Of a stretch of 64,000 nucleotides of DNA, positions 51,684 through 60,697 are shown one piece after another. Position numbers and translations under genes: made by a program. Position 1 is the stretch's first letter. Every line of letters starts with the position of its first letter. Source of the DNA: Thermoplasmata archaeon (GTDB lineage: Archaea; Thermoplasmatota; Thermoplasmata; WALJ01); contig JALTFR010000042.1 in assembly GCA_027006785.1 (NCBI GenBank), forward strand, positions 30,113 through 94,112, read 5' to 3'. The notes below the pieces were generated by a model. That model searched no databases and was not told where the DNA came from. It saw only the letters and a program-made list of their open reading frames with translations.

Positions 51684-53363
51684 ATGGCAGAATCAAGCAA
51701 GGTTTCAGAAAAGGATTCGAAGAAATTCGATCTCTTCTCAATAATGGAGCCATTCATACGTAAAACTCCAAAAAAGATAATGATACCCGCAAAGGAGGCG
51801 GAAGAAAAGAGCGACGAGGGTTCCATATACACGAACATACCTCCGATAACGGACCCCAACATAGACATTCTGGAAATAAAGCCCGTTATTGAGGATTTTG
51901 CATATGCCAGAATAATATATGACAATGCCAACAGCGAATACATATATGAAGCCATAGAACCTCAGTTGAATGATAAGGAAAAGGAATACCTGACACTGAT
52001 AAAGGATTCTCTCAGCAAGACAATGGACTACGAGTGGGAGAAACTTGCCGACCATGACAAAAGAGAATACCTTGTGGAGAGCATAGAAAGTTTCATTAAA
52101 AGCCGAAATATAGAACTTCCGGATGTCAGCAGGGAGAAGGTGATGTACTACCTTGTGAGGGATTTCATAGGATACGGTCGAGTTGATATCCTGATGAAAG
52201 ACGACGACATAGAGGATATCTCCTGCGATGGTACCAATATTCCGATATTCATATTCCATAAGAAGTATGAGTCAATAAAAACCACCGTGAAATTCGAAGA
52301 AGACGAGATTCTGGATTCATTTATAATATCCCTCGGGCAGCGCTGCGGAAAGAACATATCCGTGGCAACACCAATTCTAGATGGTACCAGCAAGGAAGGT
52401 CACAGGATTCAGGCCACTTATTCACACGAGGTCACCACCAGAGGCTCGTCCTTCACAATAAGGAGATTCAAAGAGAAGCCCTTCACACCTGTGGAACTCG
52501 TGAAATTCAAAACTGCCTCTCCCGAGATGATAGCTTACCTCTGGATGATGGTTGAAAACGGAAAATCCCTCATCGTCTGCGGAGGCACTGCCTGTGGAAA
52601 GACCGCAACCCTCAACGCTATAAGTCTGTTCATACCTCCTGGAGCGAAGATAGTCACCATGGAGGATACCCGGGAGATAAACCTGCCGCATGAGAACTGG
52701 ATACCCGGTGCAACAAGGAGCGGTGTGGGGGAAAGAGGTGCCGATGGAAAGGCCGCGGGTGAGATTGATATGTACGACCTTGTGAGGGCAGCATTGAGGC
52801 AGAGGCCGAACTACATCATAGTCGGAGAGGTCAGAGGTAAGGAAACATACACCATGTTCCAGGCCATGGCAACGGGCCATACCACATATACCACCATGCA
52901 CGCCGATTCCGTAAAATCCATGGTTCACAGGCTTGAGAACCCACCTATCAATACGCCAAGAATACTTCTTACCGCCCTCAATCTCGTCATAATCCAGAGT
53001 TTTGCCAGACTTAAGGATCAGCAGGTTAGGAGAATAAAAGAGATTGTTGAAATAGTCGGCTTCGAGGCGGAGACCAATGAACTCGTAACAAATCAGGTCT
53101 ATGCTTGGAATCAGATAACGGATAGCTTTATATATAAGGGTCATAGCTTTATACTGGATGCGATTATGGAAATGAAGAATATGACACACGAGGATATGCA
53201 GAATGAGATGGACAGGAGAACCGAGGTTATCGAATATATGGTAAAAAAGGACATAACGGATTACAGGGAGATTGCTAAGATAATCACTGCTTATTACAAA
53301 GACCCCGAAGAGACGATAGACCGTATTAGAGAAGAACTTGCGGAGGAAGAGAATGAGTCCTGA
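51684..53363 (+). CDS. FlaI/TadA/GspE-family secretion ATPase (pilus/archaellum-type), paralog 1
   Basis: Walker A 'CGGTACGKTATLNA'; 'IIVGEVRGKETY'; His-box 'TTMHADS'. Confidence 0.8.
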   Translation: MAESSKVSEKDSKKFDLFSIMEPFIRKTPKKIMIPAKEAEEKSDEGSIYTNIPPITDPNIDILEIKPVIEDFAYARIIYDNANSEYIYEAIEPQLNDKEKEYLTLIKDSLSKTMDYEWEKLADHDKREYLVESIESFIKSRNIELPDVSREKVMYYLVRDFIGYGRVDILMKDDDIEDISCDGTNIPIFIFHKKYESIKTTVKFEEDEILDSFIISLGQRCGKNISVATPILDGTSKEGHRIQATYSHEVTTRGSSFTIRRFKEKPFTPVELVKFKTASPEMIAYLWMMVENGKSLIVCGGTACGKTATLNAISLFIPPGAKIVTMEDTREINLPHENWIPGATRSGVGERGADGKAAGEIDMYDLVRAALRQRPNYIIVGEVRGKETYTMFQAMATGHTTYTTMHADSVKSMVHRLENPPINTPRILLTALNLVIIQSFARLKDQQVRRIKEIVEIVGFEAETNELVTNQVYAWNQITDSFIYKGHSFILDAIMEMKNMTHEDMQNEMDRRTEVIEYMVKKDITDYREIAKIITAYYKDPEETIDRIREELAEEENES

Positions 53364-54369
53364 AGTGAGCGATGCGTTCAAAGGCCTTGATACGAAGAAA
53401 TGGAGCCTTTTCCACACCAAAAGAGTGAAGACAGGCGACGTAATAGAGGGTTATGGGCCACATATAGTCTATCTGCCAAAAGAGGCTGTTCCGAGCCAGA
53501 TAAAGCTCACTCCATTTCAGCAGACCGCTCTGAGGATAATGGGAAAAAAGGCGGAGAAAGAGGTGGAAAAATACCCTGATCTGGATGAATGGCTGGTAAA
53601 GGCAAGGATGAGGATGAGGGCGGAGGAATACATTGCGTACGTGCTTCTGACAACATATCTAATGTGGGCAATAGCCGGTGTCCTTGCTATCATCTTCATA
53701 GCGCTCTACAGCGTAATTGGAGTTCTTTCGATAATGATTGCTATTATAATGATAATGATCGCTTTCATGATCAAACCTCTCATGCTTTCGATGCCTAAAT
53801 CGAAGGCAAAGTCCAGGGGCAGGAACATAGATAAAAAACTGGCATCCGCAATGTCATTCGTCGCATCACTGGCATCCGCCGATGTCAACGTTGATGTCAT
53901 ATTCAAGGAACTGGCAAAACAACCAATATATGGAGAGATTCAAAAAGAGGCCGAATGGATAACGAGAGACACAGAACTTCTTGGCATAGATATTCTAAAT
54001 GCCATAAAGGAAGGAGCAAGAAGAAGCCCCTCGGTAAAATGGCAGGACTTCCTTCAGGGAGTGGTTACCACATCCACGTCAGGCGGACAGCTGAAACCGT
54101 ACTTCATAGTCAAACTGCAGGAATTCGAGAAGGACAGCCAGCTTGATAACAAGAGAAGGACTGAAACTCTGGGAATGATGGCAGAATCGTATGTCACCGT
54201 GGTCGTTGCGTTCCCACTGTTCCTTATAGTTATCATCGCTATCATGGCGATAACCAACGGACAGGCCGAATCCAGCATACCTATGCTGTATGCGGTGGAT
54301 GCCCTTATGATACCTGGCTCGCAGGGTGTGTTCATTTACATCATGTGGGGTCTTACACAGGAGGCTTGA
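53353..54369 (+). CDS. Single-T2SSF-domain platform protein (TadB/EpdJ-like half of FlaJ)
   Basis: TM segments plus T2SSF domain 'LASAMSFVASLASADVNVDVIFKELAKQ...LNAIKEGARRSPSVKWQDFLQGV'. Confidence 0.65.
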   Translation: MSPEVSDAFKGLDTKKWSLFHTKRVKTGDVIEGYGPHIVYLPKEAVPSQIKLTPFQQTALRIMGKKAEKEVEKYPDLDEWLVKARMRMRAEEYIAYVLLTTYLMWAIAGVLAIIFIALYSVIGVLSIMIAIIMIMIAFMIKPLMLSMPKSKAKSRGRNIDKKLASAMSFVASLASADVNVDVIFKELAKQPIYGEIQKEAEWITRDTELLGIDILNAIKEGARRSPSVKWQDFLQGVVTTSTSGGQLKPYFIVKLQEFEKDSQLDNKRRTETLGMMAESYVTVVVAFPLFLIVIIAIMAITNGQAESSIPMLYAVDALMIPGSQGVFIYIMWGLTQEA

Positions 54370-54370
54370 A

Positions 54371-55288
54371 ATGGCAGAAGACAGTTTCGATCTGGAAAAA
54401 GCGAAGAAAACCGCAAAAAACATCCTCTACATCTCCTTGGCCATAGCCATGATATTCATAGTGGTGGGTCTCCTAGAAACGATAGGTGCAGTTGATATAC
54501 CCCCATTCTCAGCATTCGATTACTTCATATTCGCAATAATGACGATCATGGGCCCTTATGGAATCTATAAGGGAAAGATAGACAAGACCATAGATGAGAT
54601 CGAGAAGAGGCTCCCGGACTTCCTGAGGGATGTCGCAGAGGCTGGAAGGTTCGGTATGACCCTGGCGGACGCCATAGTGGTCGCAGCATCCGGAAGATAT
54701 GGGAAATTGACTCCCGAGATAAAGAAGATGGCCGCACAGATTCAGTGGGGTGTTCCTGCAACACAGGCGCTCAAGCTCTTTGCGGACAGAATAGATACCC
54801 CTCTTGTCAGAAGGGTCACCACGATAGTCATAAAGTCCTCGGACGCAGGAGGTAATGTGGCAGATGTCCTTTCAATGGTCTCCCACAGCGTCAAAGAGGT
54901 CCACCATGCAAAAGAGGAGTTAAGCATAGAGATGGTGACATATCTGGCGGTCATTTACATAGCTTTCATGGTCTTCATAGCCACCATACTCATCCTTGAC
55001 CTGACATTCCTGCCTCAGATGGAACAGGCAGGAGAGGCTCTTTCGGGTTCTGGTGACATAGGTGGTGGGGCAGGTTCAGTTACACTGATACAGTCCCAGT
55101 ACATACCCGAGATAGAATTCATATTCACCCTTACGATCATGATACATGGTGTCGGTGATGGGCTGGTAGCTGGAATCCTCTATAAAGGAAAGATATCTGA
55201 GGGAATGAAACATGCATTCATAATGGTCTTCATAGGGTTCATCACATTCAGGATTCTCTTTGGAGGCATAGGAGTATTAGGAGGTTGA
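54371..55288 (+). CDS. Single-T2SSF-domain platform protein (TadC/EpdK-like half of FlaJ)
   Basis: ATG 1 nt after the previous stop with SD caggagg; 'FLRDVAEAGRFGMTLADAIVVAASG...WGVPATQALKLFADRIDTPLVRRV'. Confidence 0.65.
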   Translation: MAEDSFDLEKAKKTAKNILYISLAIAMIFIVVGLLETIGAVDIPPFSAFDYFIFAIMTIMGPYGIYKGKIDKTIDEIEKRLPDFLRDVAEAGRFGMTLADAIVVAASGRYGKLTPEIKKMAAQIQWGVPATQALKLFADRIDTPLVRRVTTIVIKSSDAGGNVADVLSMVSHSVKEVHHAKEELSIEMVTYLAVIYIAFMVFIATILILDLTFLPQMEQAGEALSGSGDIGGGAGSVTLIQSQYIPEIEFIFTLTIMIHGVGDGLVAGILYKGKISEGMKHAFIMVFIGFITFRILFGGIGVLGG

Positions 55289-55292
55289 TTAG

Positions 55293-56960
55293 ATGTCAGG
55301 AACAGAGGTTAAAGAGAAGAAGGGAGAAATGCCTGCGCCAGGGTTCAAAGAGCGGGTGGTCTCCTTTGCCATAGGAAAGACCCCGGTCAAGATAATGCTT
55401 CCAAAAGAGAAGACATCCAGAGACCTTTCAAAGGAGATTACTCTGATACCCAAAATCGTGGACATGCATGTGAATGAGATTGAGATAGAACCCGTTGAAG
55501 AACCGTACTCTTATGTGAGAATAAAGTATGATACGATTTCCAACGAGTACCTATATGAGGTCATAGAACCCCAGTTGAATGACGATGAAGAGGAAGTTCT
55601 GATAGCTGTGAGAAAGATTCTTGTTGACCGCTTCTCACTTGTTGACAAGGAAGAAATGGACAAGAGGGAAGATATTCTCAGAGAGATGACAGAAGATGCC
55701 ATAGATGAGACAGGGATAGAGCTCAGCGAGGTTTCACGTGAAAGGATTTTCTACTACATAAAAAGGGATTTCCTCGGCTTCGGCGCCATACATGTTCCCA
55801 TGATAGAGAAACAGGTCGAGGATATATCCTGCGACGGTGTGAACATCCCAATATACATCTACCACAGGAAGTACGGCTCCATAAAGTCGAACATAAAGTT
55901 CGAGAGCGCTGAAGAACTGGATAATTTCGTTGTGTGGCTGGCACAGAGGTCCGGAAAACACATCTCGGTTGCAAGCCCGATGCTGGATGCGACCATGCCG
56001 GATGGCTCCAGACTTAACGAAACACTTGGAACCCATGTTACAAAGAGAGGCTCTTCCTTCACAATAAGGCGTTTCAAAGAGGACCCGTTCACTCCGATAG
56101 ACCTCATAAGATTCAAGACAATGAGCTCGGAGATGATGGCTTATCTCTGGATCGCCATAGAGAACGGGCAGTCCATGCTCATATGTGGAGGTACTGCGTC
56201 TGGTAAGACCACCACGCTGAACGCAGTCCTTCTGTTCATTCCTCCTCAGATGAAGATTGTAAGTATAGAAGATACAAGAGAACTCAACCTTCCGCATGAA
56301 AACTGGGTTCCGACCCTTACGAGGAGCGGTTTCGGCGCAAAGAATACAGTAACGGGAAAAGCGGCTGGAGAGATAGATATGTTCGACCTTCTGGCTGCAG
56401 CATTGAGGCAGAGGCCACAGTATATGATGGTCGGAGAGGTTCGAGGTGCCGAGGCATATGTGGTCTTTCAGGCAATGGCAACGGGAAAGAGCGCGTACAC
56501 CACATTCCACGCAGAGGATGTTCAGGCAATGGTGCACAGGCTTGAAAATGACCCGATAAACCTGCCAAGGTCGCTCATAGCAGCTCTGGATATCGTTCTT
56601 CTGCAGGGACAGGTGAAGGTCGGAAAGAACATGACGAGGAGGGTTAAAGGACTTATAGAGATAGTCGGAACCGACCCTCAGACAGACGAACTGATAACAA
56701 ACAACGCATACATGTGGAACCCTGCAGACGACACATTTAACTACAGCGGACACAGCTATGTGTATGAAAAGGTCGCACTTTCCAAGAACTGGTCTGCCAG
56801 AGAGATGGAACGCGAAGTGAAAAGGAGAAAGGACATCCTGGATTACATGAGGAAGATTGAGGTCAGCAACTACAGAGAGGTCGCCCGCATAGTCTCCGCA
56901 TACTACAAGGACAAGAAGAAGGTCATGGAAGAGGTCAGAAGGGTGCTCGAAGAGGAATGA
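55293..56960 (+). CDS. FlaI/TadA/GspE-family secretion ATPase, paralog 2
   Basis: Walker A 'CGGTASGKTTTLNA'; 'MVGEVRGAEAY'; 'TTFHAED'; same domain order as paralog 1. Confidence 0.8.
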   Translation: MSGTEVKEKKGEMPAPGFKERVVSFAIGKTPVKIMLPKEKTSRDLSKEITLIPKIVDMHVNEIEIEPVEEPYSYVRIKYDTISNEYLYEVIEPQLNDDEEEVLIAVRKILVDRFSLVDKEEMDKREDILREMTEDAIDETGIELSEVSRERIFYYIKRDFLGFGAIHVPMIEKQVEDISCDGVNIPIYIYHRKYGSIKSNIKFESAEELDNFVVWLAQRSGKHISVASPMLDATMPDGSRLNETLGTHVTKRGSSFTIRRFKEDPFTPIDLIRFKTMSSEMMAYLWIAIENGQSMLICGGTASGKTTTLNAVLLFIPPQMKIVSIEDTRELNLPHENWVPTLTRSGFGAKNTVTGKAAGEIDMFDLLAAALRQRPQYMMVGEVRGAEAYVVFQAMATGKSAYTTFHAEDVQAMVHRLENDPINLPRSLIAALDIVLLQGQVKVGKNMTRRVKGLIEIVGTDPQTDELITNNAYMWNPADDTFNYSGHSYVYEKVALSKNWSAREMEREVKRRKDILDYMRKIEVSNYREVARIVSAYYKDKKKVMEEVRRVLEEE

Positions 56961-56961
56961 A

Positions 56962-59067
56962 TTGAGACTCGCCGATATTGTAGACAGAGAAATAGCGGAC
57001 ATATTCGCAGAGGAAGGGATAGATGAGCTATATGATACGCAGGTATCGCCGCTTATGGCCGTGCAGAGTGGGAAAAGCGTCGTTGTGGCATACCCGACAG
57101 CCAGCGGTAAATCTCTGATAGCGTATGCAGGTGCTCTTCGCTCAGTTCTTAACGGAAAAAAGGCCCTGTATATGGTCCCTTTGAGAGCTCTCGCATCGGA
57201 AAAATACGAAGACCTTATGAGCTTCCGGAAGATCGGTGTCAGGGTTGGCATAAGCACGGGAGATTACGACAGAAGGGATGAGAGGCTGGGCAGGAACGAC
57301 ATAATCATAGCCACATCCGAGAAGATAGACTCTCTTATACGACATAAAGCAGGGTGGATGAGCGAGATAGGTACGATAATAGCAGATGAGGTCCACCTGA
57401 TTAACGATGCTAGCCGCGGGCCGACCATGGAGGTCACGCTCTCCAAACTGAGAAAACTGAATCCGGAATCTCAGGTCATCGCTCTCTCGGCAACCATAAG
57501 CAACTCGGATGATATCGCGGAGTGGCTGAACGCAGAGCATTTCAGAAGCGAGTGGAGGCCTGTTTCCCTTAGAAAAGGAATATATTATGACAGAAGCATA
57601 TCCTTCACGGATGGAGAGGAAAGGGGGCTCGGAAGGGCAGGGGTTGAGGGAATCGTATCCGATGCCCTGAAACGCGGTGGTCAGGCCCTCGTTTTCGTAT
57701 CCACACGAAGATACACGGAATCTCAGGCTGAAAAGCTGATTGATATTGCACGCAGCCATCTCGGGCCTCTGGATACCTCGGAGATTGCTGACCTCGGAGA
57801 TGACAGGACCGCAGACAGACTTTTAAAATGCCTGAAAGGAAGGGTTGCCTTTCACCATGCCGGGCTCTCATCGTTGCAGAGAAAGACCGTGGAGTCTCTC
57901 TTTAAAGAGCGAAAGATAGCGGTGATAGTTGCGACACCCACACTTGCAGCCGGAATAAACCTGCCTGCAAAGACCGTGGTGGTGAGAGATACCAAGAGAT
58001 ACGATATATCCGGATACGGGTGGATGGATCTGCCTGTCATGGAGGTGGAACAGATGCTCGGAAGGGCTGGAAGGCCGAAATACGATAAAGAGGGAGAGGG
58101 AGTGATAGTGGCGAAGACGAAGGAGGATGTCGAAAGGATACAGGAGAGGTATCTAGAAGGGGACAGCGAGCCTGTGAGGTCCGCACTCGGTTCCGAGGAG
58201 TCCCTGAGAACGCATACTCTGGCACTGATATCCACCTTCGGCATATCCTCCGAGGATGAGCTGTATGAATTCTATTCCTCAACATTCTACGGAAAACAGA
58301 ACGATGTCCGCAGCCTTGAAAGGAGCATATGGAGGGTTCTTCAATTCTTATTTGACAACGACCTGATTGAGATGGGCAGCGGAGAGCTCAGGCCCACGGA
58401 TTTCGGGATACGAACATCGGAGACATACATAGACCCGATGAGCGCCGTCATAATAAGAAAGGCCCTTGAGAGCCCTGATGAGATAAGCGATTTCGGATAC
58501 CTGCATACAATCGGCCTGACCCCCGACATGTACACGTTATATCCGAAGAAAAAGGAGGAGAAGACGGTATACGGGCTCATAGAGAGCGATGGATATGAGA
58601 CCCCGATAAGCCCTTACGATGTCAGGGAGGCGCTCTATGTCGGCGCTTTCAAGGTTGCTCTTGTCCTCAATGACTGGATAGACGAGGTTCCGGAAAAGAG
58701 GATTACGGAAGACTGGTCAATATATCCTGGAGACCTCGCATCAAGGGTGGAACTGGCAGAATGGCTCATAACATCCGCAAGGGAGCTTTCAAGGCTCTTC
58801 CGCCCCGAAGATACTCACAGGCTGTCCGTTCTTGGAGAGAGGATACACCACGGGGTTAGGCCGGATGTGCTCAACATGATGAAACTTGAAGGCATCGGAA
58901 GGACCAGAGGGAGAGCGCTCTACAGAGCAGGATTCCGCAGCATATCGGAGCTTGCGAGGGCAAGCGAAGATGAGCTCATGGCGGTTCCCGGAATCGGCGA
59001 GGCACTGGCAAAGAGGATAAAGAAACAGGTTGGTGGCAATACATACCGGGCGTACTGGGAAGTTTAA
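56962..59067 (+). CDS. hel308: Hel308/Hjm Ski2-like DNA helicase
   Basis: Walker A 'AYPTASGKSLIA'; 'IIADEVHLIND'; C-terminal HhH 'GIGRTRGRALYRAGFRSISELA'. Confidence 0.85.
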   Translation: MRLADIVDREIADIFAEEGIDELYDTQVSPLMAVQSGKSVVVAYPTASGKSLIAYAGALRSVLNGKKALYMVPLRALASEKYEDLMSFRKIGVRVGISTGDYDRRDERLGRNDIIIATSEKIDSLIRHKAGWMSEIGTIIADEVHLINDASRGPTMEVTLSKLRKLNPESQVIALSATISNSDDIAEWLNAEHFRSEWRPVSLRKGIYYDRSISFTDGEERGLGRAGVEGIVSDALKRGGQALVFVSTRRYTESQAEKLIDIARSHLGPLDTSEIADLGDDRTADRLLKCLKGRVAFHHAGLSSLQRKTVESLFKERKIAVIVATPTLAAGINLPAKTVVVRDTKRYDISGYGWMDLPVMEVEQMLGRAGRPKYDKEGEGVIVAKTKEDVERIQERYLEGDSEPVRSALGSEESLRTHTLALISTFGISSEDELYEFYSSTFYGKQNDVRSLERSIWRVLQFLFDNDLIEMGSGELRPTDFGIRTSETYIDPMSAVIIRKALESPDEISDFGYLHTIGLTPDMYTLYPKKKEEKTVYGLIESDGYETPISPYDVREALYVGAFKVALVLNDWIDEVPEKRITEDWSIYPGDLASRVELAEWLITSARELSRLFRPEDTHRLSVLGERIHHGVRPDVLNMMKLEGIGRTRGRALYRAGFRSISELARASEDELMAVPGIGEALAKRIKKQVGGNTYRAYWEV

Positions 59068-59089
59068 TCTATGAAAGAGATTTCCGGTC

Positions 59090-59662
59090 ATGCTCAGCGA
59101 GAAAGGTGCCCGTGTGGAGGAGTCGCTTCTTGTCCTCATAGACTTTCAGGAAAGGCTCTTTCCATCGGTTGACGAAAGATACAGGAAAAGGATACTTGAT
59201 TCGGTTCCGAAACTGGCAAAGGCCGCAAAGATACTGGGTATTCCAGTAATACACACTGAACAGTATCCCAAGGGCCTTGGAAAGACGATTCCCGATATCG
59301 CAAAACATCTGGATACTAAGCCCATAGAGAAGAGCTCTTTCAGTTGTTTTGGCTCCGAGAAGTTCAGGGACGCTGTTGTGGAAAGCACCGCGAGATACCT
59401 CATAATAGCCGGAATAGAGACCCACATATGCGTCAATCAGACCGTCTTTGACTCGATGGACATGGGCTATACCCCGATACTCGTGGAGGATGCGACGGGG
59501 AGCCGGAGGACGTCGGACCATGAAATCGCAGTTAGAAAGATGGAGAACAACGGTGTTCTGGTAGAGAGCTCGGAGATGTTGATATATGAATGGCTGGAGA
59601 GCGCGGGCAACAGAAATTTCAAAAGGATACTGGAACTTGTAAAGGAAAATGAAAAAGATTGA
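59090..59662 (+). CDS. Isochorismatase-family hydrolase (nicotinamidase-like)
   Basis: 'SLLVLIDFQERLF', 'LIIAGIETHICV' (catalytic Cys context). Confidence 0.6.
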   Translation: MLSEKGARVEESLLVLIDFQERLFPSVDERYRKRILDSVPKLAKAAKILGIPVIHTEQYPKGLGKTIPDIAKHLDTKPIEKSSFSCFGSEKFRDAVVESTARYLIIAGIETHICVNQTVFDSMDMGYTPILVEDATGSRRTSDHEIAVRKMENNGVLVESSEMLIYEWLESAGNRNFKRILELVKENEKD

Positions 59663-59687
59663 GATATTTAATGGGGCAGGCCCGGCC

Positions 59688-60425
59688 TCAGTAGTTCTCA
59701 ACCCTCGGAGCGAGAAGATACTTCACCGAACCATTTCCAGATGCTATATCAAAAGAAAGGTCCAGCGGGTAATCACTGCCTATCTTCAGAGTTACGTTAG
59801 GGCTCTTTATTGTGGAGATTATCTTCGAAAAATAATCCAGCGGATATGTGCTTTTTGCAGGGGCCTTGACATCCAGTTCTATAAGGTCCTCTTTTGACAG
59901 GTGGAGGCTTGCCTGATCCGCCCCCTCGGACTTGGAGGTAAGGTCAAAACCATTCTCATCTATCATCAGGATTATGTTATCGCCTATTGATTTGGCGGCA
60001 CTCACCCCCTTCTTTATCTCAACTACAGGAGCGATGACCTTCGCCGGAAGGTCCAGACTGGGGACCTTGGGCTCGGTCATGTTGCTGTCATCTATCAAGG
60101 GCATCTTCCTTGTTATGTTTCCGACCTTTACTATGAAGAGATTGGACTCCTCATCCTTATCAAGGGTTGTATCCGCATCCAGAGAGCCAAGCTTGAGGAC
60201 ATCTCTGAGCTTCTCCATATCAACACCGAAAGATGTATCGTCCGCATCATATTCCTCGAATGCAGAACTGTTAAGGTCAAGTGCAATCATGGCTATTCTC
60301 GATGGATCTACAGCCTTGATATGTATGCCTTTGTCATCTATGTCGAACCTGGCTTCCGGAACGAGCGTGTATATTATATCTGCCATTTCTCTCAGTATAT
60401 TGAGTTTGCTCTTTGCATGGAACAT
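59688..60425 (-). CDS. pcn: DNA polymerase sliding clamp PCNA
   Basis: 'MFHAKSKLNILREMADIIYTLVPEARFDIDDKGIHIKAVDPSRIAMI' PCNA N-domain; TATA-like ttttataag on the minus strand about 31 nt upstream. Confidence 0.8.
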   Translation of the reverse strand: MFHAKSKLNILREMADIIYTLVPEARFDIDDKGIHIKAVDPSRIAMIALDLNSSAFEEYDADDTSFGVDMEKLRDVLKLGSLDADTTLDKDEESNLFIVKVGNITRKMPLIDDSNMTEPKVPSLDLPAKVIAPVVEIKKGVSAAKSIGDNIILMIDENGFDLTSKSEGADQASLHLSKEDLIELDVKAPAKSTYPLDYFSKIISTIKSPNVTLKIGSDYPLDLSFDIASGNGSVKYLLAPRVENY

Positions 60426-60478
60426 GTTATCACTCAGGTAACGAGCATTTTCTTATAAAACTTGCGAGTGGAGAAAGC

Positions 60479-60486
60479 TATAAATA
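60479..60486 (+). promoter_or_regulatory. TATA box (tataaata-gg) of the 5S rRNA gene
   Basis: Centred about 26 nt upstream of the 5S 5' end. Confidence 0.55.
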
Positions 60487-60507
60487 GGATATCGAATTAG
60501 ACGGAAT

Positions 60508-60629
<122 letters not shown>

Positions 60630-60634
60630 TTTTT
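60630..60634 (+). terminator. Oligo-T terminator after 5S rRNA, followed by a hairpin (actctttc/gaaagagt)
   Basis: ttttt immediately after 5S; inverted repeat 60636..60658. Confidence 0.45.
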
Positions 60635-60697
60635 CACTCTTTCATGTGAGAAAGAGTAAAGGTTTTAATATCGCTTTGAATAAGGGGGAACGATAAC

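Noticed and set aside
52422-53420. 332-aa minus-strand ORF and 51738..52259 173-aa ORF
   Set aside because: Antisense to pilus ATPase paralog 1
53338-55288. Possibility that the two platform ORFs are a frameshifted single flaJ (pseudogene or sequencing error)
   Set aside because: The second ORF has its own ATG at 54371 one nt after the first stop, preceded by SD caggagg, and each ORF carries a complete T2SSF domain plus TMs, so two genes in TadB/TadC style is the better reading
55734-57257. 507-aa minus-strand ORF
   Set aside because: Antisense to the second pilus ATPase and hel308; Cys/His/Arg-rich junk translation
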